Assembly: GCA_964016885.1 (NCBI GenBank) | Contig: OZ024741.1 | Location: 206,212,001 to 206,276,000, forward strand | DNA: 64,000 nt | Reading direction: 5' to 3' | Origin: Eledone cirrhosa | Taxonomy: Eukaryota | In this document: piece after piece, positions 27,037 through 39,082 of the stretch | Position numbering within the stretch: position 1 is the first letter of the stretch | Layout: each line of letters starts with the position of its first letter | Position numbers and translations under genes: made by a program | Notes under the pieces: model-generated | The model's database searches: none | What the model saw: the letters and a program-made list of their open reading frames with translations, nothing else | What the model was told of the DNA's origin: nothing

Positions 27037-27130
27037 ACCCCTTGATAAGCTCGGCTATTTAAATACCAGAATAAATTTTCATTCAGTCCAGAATTAGCCG
27101 TCGAAACGGCTTGAGCTCAGCCGTCGGGGT
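27037..27130 (+). ncRNA. Type I hammerhead ribozyme with U3-A8 core (family F1)
   Basis: acccc-TTGATAA-gctcggcta..tagccgtc-GAAA-CGGCT-TGAGCTC-AGCCG-TC-ggggt; predicted GUC cleavage after 27125. Confidence 0.75.
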
Positions 27131-27264
27131 CTTACTTGTTCCTATTACCTACTCTACTACCCTAAGTATTGAGTACTTTGGTGCGTTATGGTCCACCTGG
27201 TTCCTTACCACATTTCCTTCGTTATGGTCCACCTGGTTCCTTACCACATTTCCTTCGTTATATG

Positions 27265-27817
27265 TTTCATGGTCGGGTCGTTGGCGACTAAACTGGCAAC
27301 CCCACCAAGGTTTCTTGGTGAGGAGGGTGACTTTGGACATCCTGCAGGACTAAAAACAAAACCTGTCAAAGGGCAAAGGAGCTCTTAAGAGTCAATGGCC
27401 ATCCAAAATCACCGGGAGAGATGACCCATTAGCCTTTGTCAAGGCAGAATTCTAGGAGAAGGAAAACTCTGATATAACACCTGCAACCCTGATGGTATCC
27501 AATGATGTTGACTTGTTTTACTTTTTGGTAAATATCATCTTGGTTAAGAGAGTGGGACTGGCTCTGTGCAATGCCTTTGCTCACTATAAAAGCTTCATGG
27601 CACAGGCATTGCTTTATATCTGGAGATCTCTCTGCACTTGTCACATGGTACCATGGGCCCAGCACTATGTGTCAATAATTGTCACAAGTGTAGTGTTTGT
27701 ACCAGAGTTTTCAAGTCGCTGGATGGACTCAAAAGTCACACTCGTTCAGCGCATCGGTAGGGGTTCTCCTACATGGATATAAAGTAGTGGCCGTACTCGA
27801 AAACGAGTTGGCAGCCA

Positions 27818-27820
<3 letters not shown>
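27265..27820 (+). mobile_element. Non-autonomous RTE-related retroposon (5'UTR-like body plus RTE-type 3' end)
   Basis: Shares ttctaggagaagg, agagtggga.tggctc.gtgca and gcacaggcattgc with the RTE 5'UTR, and ggcc.tactcga.aacgag..ggcagcca with the RTE 3' end; a copy lies at 61730-62337. Confidence 0.8.
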
Positions 27821-27861
<41 letters not shown>

Positions 27862-27867
<6 letters not shown>

Positions 27868-28285
27868 ACGTACATACATATGTGTATATGTATACAGACA
27901 TACAGTAGTATGTATATATATACATACATGCACACATATATATTTGCACGTATCGGTTTACCGAACATTTATTATAATGCTCGGTTTGTTTGTAAACAAA
28001 CAGCCCGAATTACGCCGTACAGTGTTTAGGTAACCACGTCACCTTTTTGTTCAACACTGATACAGGAACGATGTACTAGTTTCAAGCTTATTAGCTATCG
28101 TCAGCATCGTATACCTTCCTGCCAGATAGTTTCCTGCCAGAACGTCTGAAAGTATATATTTTCCTTATGCATATTAACGGTTGAGCAGCCTAATTTGCAT
28201 ATCGAGTGAGTTCAGTCGGCTGGGCGCACCAAAACCGATAAATGGAATAGAATGAAACGAAATTTCATTTCTCACTCTTAAATGT
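27862..28285 (-). mobile_element. Retrozyme-like monomer (family F4), copy 1
   Basis: Non-coding repeat containing an HHR; homologs at 32677-33172 and 34052-34275. Confidence 0.7.
28068..28110 (-). ncRNA. Intact-core minimal hammerhead ribozyme (F4)
   Basis: acgatg-CTGACGA-tagct-aata-agctt-GAAA-CTAG-TA-catcgt; GUA cleavage triplet. Confidence 0.85.
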
Positions 28286-28383
28286 ATGTACGTATGTATG
28301 TATGTATGTATGTATGTATGTATGTATGTATGTATGTATGTATGTATGTATGTATGTATGTTTTTTTTTTTTTGTTTTTTTTT

Positions 28384-31300
28384 GCGCGAGGACATAGAAA
28401 TAATCGGGCTGGATGCCCGATCGCGCAGTTAAACCACTGGGAGTGAAGGACCCCTAGCCCTTGTCAGGGCATTCTTCTAGGAGAAGGCATCTCAGGAAAC
28501 TGGGTTAACTCCGATATAAAACCTGCGGTTCAGTAGTTACCGATGATGTTAATCTTTTCTTCTTTTCGGGTTATAGCTACTGTCGCTCAGAGAGTGGGAT
28601 TGGCTCAGTGCACAGTCTTTCCACACTTTAAAAATATTCGTCACGCACAGGCATTGCACGAGTGCATTAATAATTATTAATAGTGTACTATTATTATTAT
28701 TATTACTATTATTATTACTTTTTTTTTTTTTTTTTTTTTTTTCCAATTCAATGATGTTCCAGAACAATGTAAAAGAGATAATTGGCAATTTAGGTTCTGG
28801 AACAAAAAAGATCATTGGCAATAAGGGCAGAGGCCCCAAGTTATCACAGCCTGGGCCCGCTCGTCATCGTGCCATTGTAATAGAGCCAAACAAGTCATTT
28901 AGTCTTGGCTGCTGGAACGTACGGACGCTGCTTGACAGTGATTCCTTGGAGCGTCCTGAACGAAGGACCGCTCTTGTTGCAAAGGAGCTTCGACGTTACG
29001 ATCTTGACATCGTGGCTTTATCTGAGACGAGGTTAGCTGGAGATGGTCATCTTACGGAATTTTGTGGAGAATATACATTCTTCTGGAAAGGAAGAGATGA
29101 AGGAACCAGAAGAGAGGCTGGGGTAGGATTTTCTGTTAAGACTGTACTTGTGAATAAATTAGAAGAATTCCCAGTAGGGATTAGTGAGCGTCTTATGTCC
29201 ATGAGAGTTCCGCTGGACAAAGGAAGATATGCTACCCTGGTGAGTGTGTATGCTCCAACTATGAATTCTATCGATGAAGAAAAACTGTCCTTTTACCATG
29301 CCTTGAAAGGTGTTCTAAGAAATATCCCTCAGGCAGACAAAGTCATCGTGCTTGGTGACTTTAATGCTAGAGTGGTAGGGATTTTAACACATGGAATGTA
29401 ATCGGAAGGCATGGGGTGGGAAAGTGTAACAGCAATGGTATGCTCCTGCTGCAGATGTGTGAGGAGCTGGATCTGTGTGTTACCAACACCATGTTCCAAC
29501 AAAAGAACAAATTCAAGACCACATGGATGCATCCTGCATCTAAGGAATGGCATCTTTTGGACTACGTCCTAGTCAGGATGCGTGACAGACAGGATGTGCA
29601 GTGTGTTCGTGTTCTTCGTGGAGCTGAGTGCTGGACGGACCACCGCCTGGTACGCGCAAAAGTGAAACTAATCACCAAAGGTAAAATCCGGGCTCCTGGT
29701 GTTACCCTGCCCAAAAGATTGAATGCTGCTCGTCTTAAGGATAAAAATGTGAAGAGGACATTGGAAGAAGAGATGCAGGCTGCAGATCTTGGTGAGGATT
29801 GGCCGACCCTTAAAAAGTCGGTTTATGATGTGGGCAGTCGTGTTCTGGGATTGGTGCAGAGAAAATATCAGGACTGGTTTAATGAGAATGATGTACATAT
29901 AGAAGACTTGTTGGCTGATAAGAGGCGTGCTCTGTCACGCTACTTGACGGCAAAACCACAGGAGAGGAATACGTTGCATGAGGAGCTCAGGGATGTAAAA
30001 TCACGTGTTAGGCGGAGTCTTTCTCAGATGAAGGATCAGTGGTGGAGTGAGAAGGCTGGTGAGATACAAACTGCGTCTGATTCCAATAACACAAAGCTGT
30101 TGTACAGTCTCTTGCGTGAGGTTTATGGACCGTCTTCTTCTCTGGTGACACCGCTTCGCAGCAAGGATAGCAAAGAACTTCTTCGTGACTCACAGGGAAT
30201 TCTACGAAGGTGGCGAGAGCACTTTGATGATCTTTTGAATCAGCCGTCTGTCGTCAGTGAAGATTTCCTCAATCTCATTCCAGAAAGTCCTGTGAAAGTA
30301 GCTCTCGCAGAACCTCTGACGCTTGTGGAAGTTGCAGTGGCTATTTCGAAGCTGAACAGTGGAAGATCTCCAGGTATGGATGGCATACATGCTGAGCTCC
30401 TACAATATGGTGGTGAGAGACTCCTGCAACATCTGCACTCTTTGTTTGGAAGGATATGGGCTAATGAATCCGTACCTGAGGACTGGAGAGATGCAGTAAT
30501 GGTGGTCTTGTACAAGGGAAAGGGTAACAGGAATGATTGTGGGAACTACAGAGGTATATCATTGCTTTCTGTCGTAGGGAAAGTTTTATGTAGGGTGCTT
30601 CTGGACCTTCTGCTGACACACATTGCAGATTGTGTTCTTCCTGAAAATCAATCTGGTTTTCGTGCTGGACGCGGGACTACTGATATGATCTTCTCAGCTA
30701 GACAGCTCCAGGAGAAATGCATTGAACAAGGCTTGGATCTGTATCAGGTTTTTGTCGATCTGACAAAGGCTTTCGATACTGTCAACAGAGATGCATTATG
30801 GAAGGTTCTCCAGAAACTTGGTTGCTCTGATAAGTTCCTTGCTTTAGTTAGGTCTTTCCATGACGACATGAAGGCTTGGGTTAATGTCGGAGGTAACATG
30901 TCGGAGCCTATCTCAGTAAAAAATGGAGTGAAACAGGGGGATATTCCAGCACCGACCCTGTTTGCCATATACTTTGCAATGGTTTTCTGTATTGAATTCA
31001 GGAATTGTGAGCATGGTGTTTACATCCGATATCGAACCTCTGGCAGCATATTTAACATCAGGCGCTTTGCTGCGAAGACAAAAGTATTTACATCAATCAT
31101 AAGAGACCTCTTGTATGCAGATGATTGCGATCTTGTAGCGCACACAGAGAGTGATGTGCAGCACATTTTGAATGCATTTTCTGACGCTTGCACTGCCCTA
31201 GGATTGACTGTCAGTCTCAAGAAAACCGTCGTCATGTACCAACCTGCCCCTAGTAAGCAGTACACTGAACCAAACATCTATGTGTATGGCAAACGACTTG

Positions 31301-32665
31301 GAGTGGTTGATCAGTTTGTCTACCTGGGAAGCACTGTCAATCGATACGGCAACCTTGACAGTGAAATCTCACTTAGGATTAGGAAAGCAAGTGATGCTTT
31401 CGGAAAGCTAGAAAGGCGACTCTGGGGTCGGCGAGACATATACAGGAGGACAAAGGTAAAGGTGTACAGGGCATGTGTACTCTCTTGTCTTCTTTATGCC
31501 TGCGAGACCTGGGTCACATATCGACACCACCTTAAGCAATTGGAGCGTTTCCATCAGATGTGTCTCAGACAGATCCATGGCGTTCACTGGAGGGACCACA
31601 TCAGTGATGTCGAGATTTTGGAAAGCTCTATGTGTGACAGTATAGAAGCTCTTGTGCTTAAGCAACGACTCCGTTGGAGTGGTCACCTTGCCAGAATGAA
31701 GGATTCTAGAATACCAAAACAACTCTTCTATGGAGAGTTGGTTAAAGGAAAACGACCGCCACATAAACCAAAAAAGAGGTATAAGGATTCCTTGAAAGCT
31801 TCTCTGAAGGACGCTCACATCTCTGCTGATACATGGGAGAATGTTGCTGCTGATCGTAATAAATGGAAAAAGACTGTATATGAGGGAAAAGTTGCCTTTG
31901 AGGCATCTCGAATCGCACACGAGAAAGTAAAGCGGGATGTGAGGATGGGCATTATTGTTGCACTTCCAGACGGCGAGGGTCCTCCTATGGTGCTGACATG
32001 CAGCGTCTGTGCGAGACTCTGCCTAAGCAAAGCTGGACACGAAAGTCATCTTCGCAGTCATAAAGTAAGACCAGTGGTTGACTACCAGGCTGCTGTTGGA
32101 GATGCTACTCATCATGCTTGCCAAACATGTGATAGAGAATGTAAATCAGCAGGAGGGCTCAAGCGACATGCAAAAGTACACGAACTCCAACCAGAGCCGA
32201 CTATTCCCAGTGAATGTTTTGGTTGCCGACTCTGTGCAAGACATTTTAGATCATTGGCTGGGCTAAAAAGCCACATTCGATCGCAGTACTGTTAGTTGCT
32301 ATCGTGTGTGTGTGTGTAGATATGCTTATGTGCGTGCGTGTGTGTGTATATATATATATGAATATGTATATTATTATTGTTATTGTCGTTATTATTATTA
32401 TTGCTATTATTATTATTATTATTATTATTATTGTTATTAATGTATGTGTGTGTGTATATGTGTGTGTGTATGTGTATGTATGTGTGTATGTATATATGTA
32501 TGTATGTATATATATATATATATATATATTTCTTTTTTTTAATTTATTGTTATTATTATTATTATTATGTTATTTTATTTTATTTTATTTATTTATTTTT
32601 TTTTTTTATTTTTCTTCTCGTGCAATGGCCATACTCGATAACGAGGGGGCAGCCATCATGTATGT
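28384..32665 (+). mobile_element. Near-intact full-length RTE-clade LINE
   Basis: 5'UTR, a single APE-RT ORF, 3' hairpin ctcgataacgag and (TGTA)n tail. Confidence 0.95.
28751..32295 (+). CDS. RTE ORF: APE endonuclease, reverse transcriptase and 3 C2H2 zinc fingers; single frameshift near 29375
   Basis: CWNVRTL, ALSETR, YAPT, GDFNARV, TDHRL, NYRGISLL, QSGFR, FVDLTKAFD, GVKQGD, YADD, RLRWSGH, then three C-x2-C-x12-H fingers (the third ends atypically). Confidence 0.92.
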
Positions 32666-32676
32666 ATGTATGTATG

Positions 32677-33168
32677 TATGTATACGTACATACATATATG
32701 TATACAGACATACAGTAGTATGTATATATATACATACATGCACACATATATATGCACGTATCGGTTTACCGAACATTTCTTATAATGCTCGGTTTGTTTG
32801 TTTGTAAACAAACAAACAGCCCGAATTACACCGTACAGTGTTTAGGCAACAACGTCACCTTTTTGTTCAACACTGACACAGGAACGATGTACTAGTTTCA
32901 AGCTTATTAGCTATCGTCAGCATCGTATACCTTCCTGCCAGATGGTTGACCGTTTGTTTGTTTACAAACAAACAAACCGAGCATTATAATAAATGTTCGG
33001 TAAACCGATACGTGCATATATATATATGTGTGCATGTAAGTATATAGTATATACATACTACTTTGTGTCTGTATACATATATGTATGTACGTATACATAC
33101 ATACATACTTACATTTAAGTAAGTGCCGTACTAAGTGTGAGAAATGAAATTTCGTTTCATTCTATTCC

Positions 33169-33172
<4 letters not shown>
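32677..33172 (-). mobile_element. F4 copy 2 with fold-back inversion (32950-33172)
   Basis: 32677-32943 repeats 27862-28127, followed by an inverted copy of the same unit. Confidence 0.75.
32884..32926 (-). ncRNA. Intact-core minimal hammerhead ribozyme (F4), identical to 28068-28110
   Basis: Same 43-nt sequence. Confidence 0.85.
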
Positions 33173-33220
<48 letters not shown>

Positions 33221-33384
33221 ATAATAATAAATTTGAAGACTAAAATCCAAAGAGGGCTCGATAAGGATAAATATATATCAAATATATAAGAACCGTAGAG
33301 CAAATATTTATTAAAATAACAGATTAAAGTTTAAGTAAAAAATGTAAAAAAGCATCGATTCTTTGCTTAAACTTTAATCTGTTA

Positions 33385-33476
<92 letters not shown>

Positions 33477-33483
33477 TATATAT

Positions 33484-33522
<39 letters not shown>

Positions 33523-33529
33523 TATATAT

Positions 33530-33565
<36 letters not shown>

Positions 33566-33773
33566 CGTTTCTGAATTTGTTTAGCAAGATTCTTTATCTG
33601 AAAACGTGTGTTGAAACCGATATTGTTATACTTTGGGAGGGTCATGTTGCCAATAAGAAACACACGCACCACATGCTTTTACTTCAATTTATTATAATAA
33701 ATTTGTAAATTTAGGAATTTATAAATTTCCGGTTGGTTGGTTGGTTCCACAACCAGATGATTGTTTATATATT

Positions 33774-33816
33774 ATCAAAGTTCTTTCGTCACACATTCTG
33801 TTACCTCTTCAGTGAC
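33774..33816 (-). ncRNA. Decayed hammerhead in a PLE-type 3' region
   Basis: gtca-CTGAAGA-ggtaac/gtgac-GAAA-GAAC-TT-tgat. Confidence 0.45.
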
Positions 33817-34051
33817 TGGGGATTCTTTTCTTTGTTTTGTGCCTCTCCTTTGTTCTGTCCTACGCCATCTTGTTTTTGTGTGTGTGTTGTGTGCTTAGTT
33901 TGCGCATATGTTACATCCGTGTGTCTGTGTGTGTTTATATTCGTTTATTTATTTGTTTATTTACATGTTACTGGTTGGTAGTTTATTCTATGTGCGTGTG
34001 TGTTTTCATTTTGTCCTTAATTGTAAGTTGTGATGTTCCATTCAGTTGATT

Positions 34052-34275
34052 GAACGTTTGAAAGTATATACTTTCCTTATGCATATTAACGGCTGAGCAG
34101 CCTAATTTGCATATCGAGTGAGTTCAGTCTGCCGGGCGCACCGAAAACGATAAATGGAAAAAATGAAATTTCATTTCTTATTCTTAGTACGGCTGATACT
34201 TAAATATAAATATGTATACGTACATACATATACAGATGTACAGTAGTATGTATATATATACATACATGCACACAC
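34052..34275 (-). mobile_element. F4 fragment spanning the monomer junction
   Basis: Sequence homologous to 28140-28283 continues directly into sequence homologous to 27862-27935. Confidence 0.75.
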
Positions 34276-34311
34276 ACACACACACACACACATATTTATA
34301 TATATATATAT

Positions 34312-34404
<93 letters not shown>

Positions 34405-34569
34405 TAGAGAGAGAGCGATAGCTCGATAAATGTAGATATATAGGTAGTAAGATAGACACACATATAGAGGGATAGAGAGAGTAGGGGGAGAGATTTCAGC
34501 TAAAGCAATGAGATCAAGTGGGAGAATTTAAATAATAAATTGAACAAATTTATTGATAGATGTAACTTG

Positions 34570-35340
34570 TAGAAATATACATATATATATATATAATCAA
34601 TATACATATATATATATATAATCAATATACATATAAATATATATAATCAATATACATATATATATATATAATCAATATACATATATATATATATATATAA
34701 TCAATAACAGAGAAATACTTTTTAATATTATAAACCTAATTAATGTACAATTTAGAAATTTATTTATAAATTAATTTTAATTTAATTAACCTATAATTTT
34801 AAATTAGTTAGCTTAAAATTAAAATTCTAATACAGATGGATTGTAGAATATCATGTAATCATAAACTGAGATAAACTTTTAAATATATACCTAATTAATA
34901 TATTCTCTACAATTAAATATATATATATATATATATTAATTTTAATTTTTGTTAACCTATAATTATATTCTACTATAGATAAAATACAAAATCTGCTTTA
35001 ATTATTATAAACCTAATTAACATATACTATAGAAATTAATATATAATTTTTAATTTAGTTAACCTATAATTTATATTCTACTACCGATGAAATACTTGAT
35101 TTGGTTTTCCCTATTACTAAATTCATTTCCTAAAATTGAAACCATAATGTTAATATTTTTAATTTAGTTATGCTATAATTAATACTCTACTACTGTTTAA
35201 CTTCAAAATTCCGCTTTAAATATTATAAACCTAAGTAGTATACACCTTAGAAATCAATATATTAACTATTTTTAATTTAGTTAACCTATAATTAATAGTC
35301 TACTTATATTAAAATGCATAATTTTGCCTTCTTTCTCACA
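34570..35340. repeat. Minisatellite (~25 bp) followed by degenerate AT-rich tandem repeats
   Basis: aatcaatatacatatatatatat about 5 times; recurring tattataaacctaa and ttaacctataatt blocks. Confidence 0.6.
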
Positions 35341-35764
35341 TTTCCTAATACTGAAACTACTATGTAAACACATATTATGATCTAAATGCAGATTAATATT
35401 CTATGTTCCTTGAAACCTATATTTACTATTTCCCACTAATAATTTTAATCCCCTTCCCCCCCCCTATAATTATTCGTATTTGTAAGCGTGGATGTATATA
35501 TGTGTATGTAAGTATGTATGTATGTTTGGGTGTTTGTTTGTGAGTATAAAAATACATATGTGCGCATGTAAATAAATGTGTATGATTGTATATATATATA
35601 TATATATATGTGTGTGTATATATGTGTATATATATATATGTCTATGTATGTATATGTGTATATATATATGTGTGTGTGTGTTTGTGTATATATATTTGTA
35701 GAGATGTGTGTATGTATATATATATGTGTGTATAATTGTCTGACTGTGTGTATTTATTTATTTA

Positions 35765-35831
<67 letters not shown>

Positions 35832-36267
35832 ATGTGTATGTGTGTGTGTGTGTGTGTATATATATTTATGTGTATGTATATATCTATATATATATTTATG
35901 TGTGTATGTATATCTCTTTATTTATTTATGTATGTCTGAGTTGTGTGTGAGCGTGTGGTTGTATGTGTATATATATACATGGATATGTGTATGTGTATGT
36001 ATATATACGTATATGTATGTGTGTGTGTGTATATATGTGTGCGTGTATGTATATATATATTTGTGTATATATGTGTGTATATATATGTGTGTATATGTAT
36101 ATATGTATATGTATGTATGTGTGTATGTGTATGTACATATGTGTGTATATATATATATGTGTTGTGAGTATATGTATATATATATGTGTGTATGTATGTG
36201 TGTCTATGTATTTATATATATATATGTATATGTCTCTATATATATGTATGTATATATATATTATATA

Positions 36268-36318
<51 letters not shown>

Positions 36319-36931
36319 CGGTGTGTATTTTATGTATGAGTATATATTTTATTTGTTTTTTTCTTTTTAATATATTTCTTTTTATTTCTAAATTTATAGA
36401 TACATTTTATAAATAGGCTGTTGTCTGACACCCTCAGTAATTACTGACCCCCTTTACCTAGTTCTGCATCTAGATGTAAATATATGTGGCAGTGTTTATG
36501 TGTGCGCCTTAATATCCATATAGTTATAATAATAATATATACGTATGTGTGTGTGTGTGTATGTGTGTGTGTGTGTGTATGTTCGTGGGTATGTGTATGT
36601 TTATGTGTATATGCGCGTGTGTGTATGAATGTATGTATATGTGTGTATATATGAGTGTATATATGTTTATATACGTATGTGTATTTTGTCTGTAGATTAT
36701 AAACATACAGAGACATTAGCCCTGAATTTTTGTATTTACATACATTTTTTCGACATGCGTATGCATGTGAAAATATATTTTTATGCATATCTGTGAACGA
36801 AGTTACTTACATATATACACACACCTAACTGTATTTTCTTGATATATTTTTGTGTATTTCATTGGTCAATTTGAACTCTGTTCCCAAACAGACCTGTAAT
36901 TTTGAATTGTTGTTATTATCAATAAATATAT

Positions 36932-37084
36932 TTCATTATTTCTGAAGACGGCATATGTTTGTGTTGGTATGTATATTATATTTGATAGTTTGTATAATTT
37001 TGTATAATTTTGTACATAGATCTGTTGAATATGCATGCCAATTCTAACACATATATGTCCTAGAAACGATCGTTAAATAATGAA
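36932..37084 (+). ncRNA. Hammerhead ribozyme with ~115-nt stem II domain
   Basis: ttcattattt-CTGAAGA-cggcatatgt...atatatgtccta-GAAA-CGATCG-TT-aaataatgaa; perfect 10-bp stem I. Confidence 0.75.
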
Positions 37085-37144
37085 CTTTTTTTGTTTAATA
37101 TAAGGAACTGTTTCATTGTTTTATTCATTATTTTTTTAATATTT

Positions 37145-37204
<60 letters not shown>

Positions 37205-37856
37205 ATATATTTATATATATATATATATGTGTGTGTGTGTGCGTTTGTGTGAGAGAGTGCCTATGTTTGTGTGTGAATTTGAGTTTGTGTGTGTGTGTGC
37301 ATGCTTGTGTGTATTTCTGTATGTGTGTGTATGTGTGTGTGTGTTTGTGTATGTGTGTTTGTGTATGAGTATATGTGTGTGTGTCCGTGTGTGCATACGT
37401 GCGCGTGTGTACTTACTTGAGTGAATACTTTTGTGTGTTGTTTGATGTTTAACTATTTGATCGAAACCCATTACACACGAAAGTAAATTCAATAGATAAA
37501 GAAAAGCAATAGATTGCTGTTACACATACACACACACGCATATATATATATATATATTATATTATTTAATTTATTAATTCATCATTGAGCCACATCCTGA
37601 ATGGTTGCCAAAAACATATATATCTATGACTTTGTCTAGTTTGTGTATATGTAAATCTTTATATTTGATAATCTCCCATAAGGTTGAGATGCAATTTATG
37701 CAATATTAGGCTGCGCTTTCTAGCAACCAGCCCACTCACCGTAAGGCACCAATCACATTCTTTCTGACTTGACCACTGCCACGTCACAGTTCTTAGCCAT
37801 TTTGAATTCGTTTCTGGCGGGGATCATTTAATAAAAATCTTCGCCCAAGTGAGTTT

Positions 37857-37938
37857 GTCTCCTGATGAGTTCGAAGCTCGAGAATTTATCCTTGATCGGA
37901 TATTTCCAAAAGCGAACGAAACCCTAAAGGGTAGAAAC
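37857..37938 (+). ncRNA. Type I hammerhead ribozyme, intact core
   Basis: gtctc-CTGATGA-gttcg...cgaac-GAAA-CCCT-aa-AGGG-TA-gaaac. Confidence 0.8.
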
Positions 37939-38233
37939 GTAATCCTGGTATGTGTATATGCATTTTTTCTTCTAATTTTATTTTTATACCTAATTGTGTA
38001 TGGTTGACGATATATTTAATCGATTTCCACGAGCTATTGAAATGCTGGGTAAATATTCTATAGCTGTTGATCGCGAATAGATGGCTGTCATTTATTTATC
38101 CATTATTTCTTCATAGGTGCCTTTTACTCTTATAGCCTGGTTTAATTGTTTTTTGTGGGGATTTTGCTAATTGGGAGAGGAAATGGTGTTTATATCTTAT
38201 CAAATGATTCTATGGACATAATTTATAGTATAT

Positions 38234-38267
<34 letters not shown>

Positions 38268-38507
38268 ACATATATATACATATATATACATATATATATA
38301 TTTATATATATATATATAAATACAAAAATATATATATATGTGTGTGTGTATATATATACTTACGTTAAATTTTTTTTAAATTCACATTTTCTTCCCTTCC
38401 TTAGAAATTGTGCACAACAGATATTTTAATATACATTTATGTTTTCATACTTGCTATGTTAACTGTTTTCAATGTTTGCTTTGTGCTGAAGAAATAACTA
38501 GTTTATT

Positions 38508-38690
38508 ATTGGCAGTATCGGTAGAGGGTTGGACGCCATGCTTTCTAGCATAGTTACGTCCCTTTACAGTCTGAGTTCAAATCCCGCCGAGGTTAACTTT
38601 GCCTTTCATCCTTACGGGGTCGATAAAATACAGTACCAGTAATGTACTGGGTAATTACTGGCCTTGTGCCTAAAGTAGAAACAATTATTT
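38508..38690 (+). mobile_element. Nin-domain SINE
   Basis: A and B boxes plus gcctttcatccttacggggtcgataaaat. Confidence 0.8.
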
Positions 38691-39027
38691 CTATTTGGTC
38701 AATAAGAAACAAACTGCCACTCATAGTTATCTGTGTATTTTCTATGATAAAATTGACTCCGAACTGCCCTGATGCATGGTCAAATGTTGAATTTATTATT
38801 CTGTCAAATCATAACACACATTTTCTTTAGAATCAGACTTTGTAGGAGAACATAAAAAGGCATTGTGCATGAACGGACAAAATGCATGCATTTATGTATT
38901 TCTGTGAGTATGTATACGTGTGTGTGTGTGTGTGTGTCAGTGTGTGAGTGTCAGTGTGTGTATGTCTGTGTGTGTGTGTGTTTGTGTGTGTGTGTATGTG
39001 TGTCAGTGTGTGTGTTTCTGTGTGTGT

Positions 39028-39082
<55 letters not shown>

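Larger units (their letters stand above)
26171..27260. mobile_element. ~460-bp-arm palindrome of family F1 with an HHR in each arm
   Basis: Arms about 26171-26627 and 26660-27133 are near-identical; a tail extends to 27260 with a 36-bp tandem duplication. Confidence 0.9.

Noticed and set aside
35578-36416. Long ORFs rich in Y/I/C/V (also many others in the ORF track)
   Set aside because: Translations of (TA)n, (TG)n, (GA)n and (GAT)n microsatellites.
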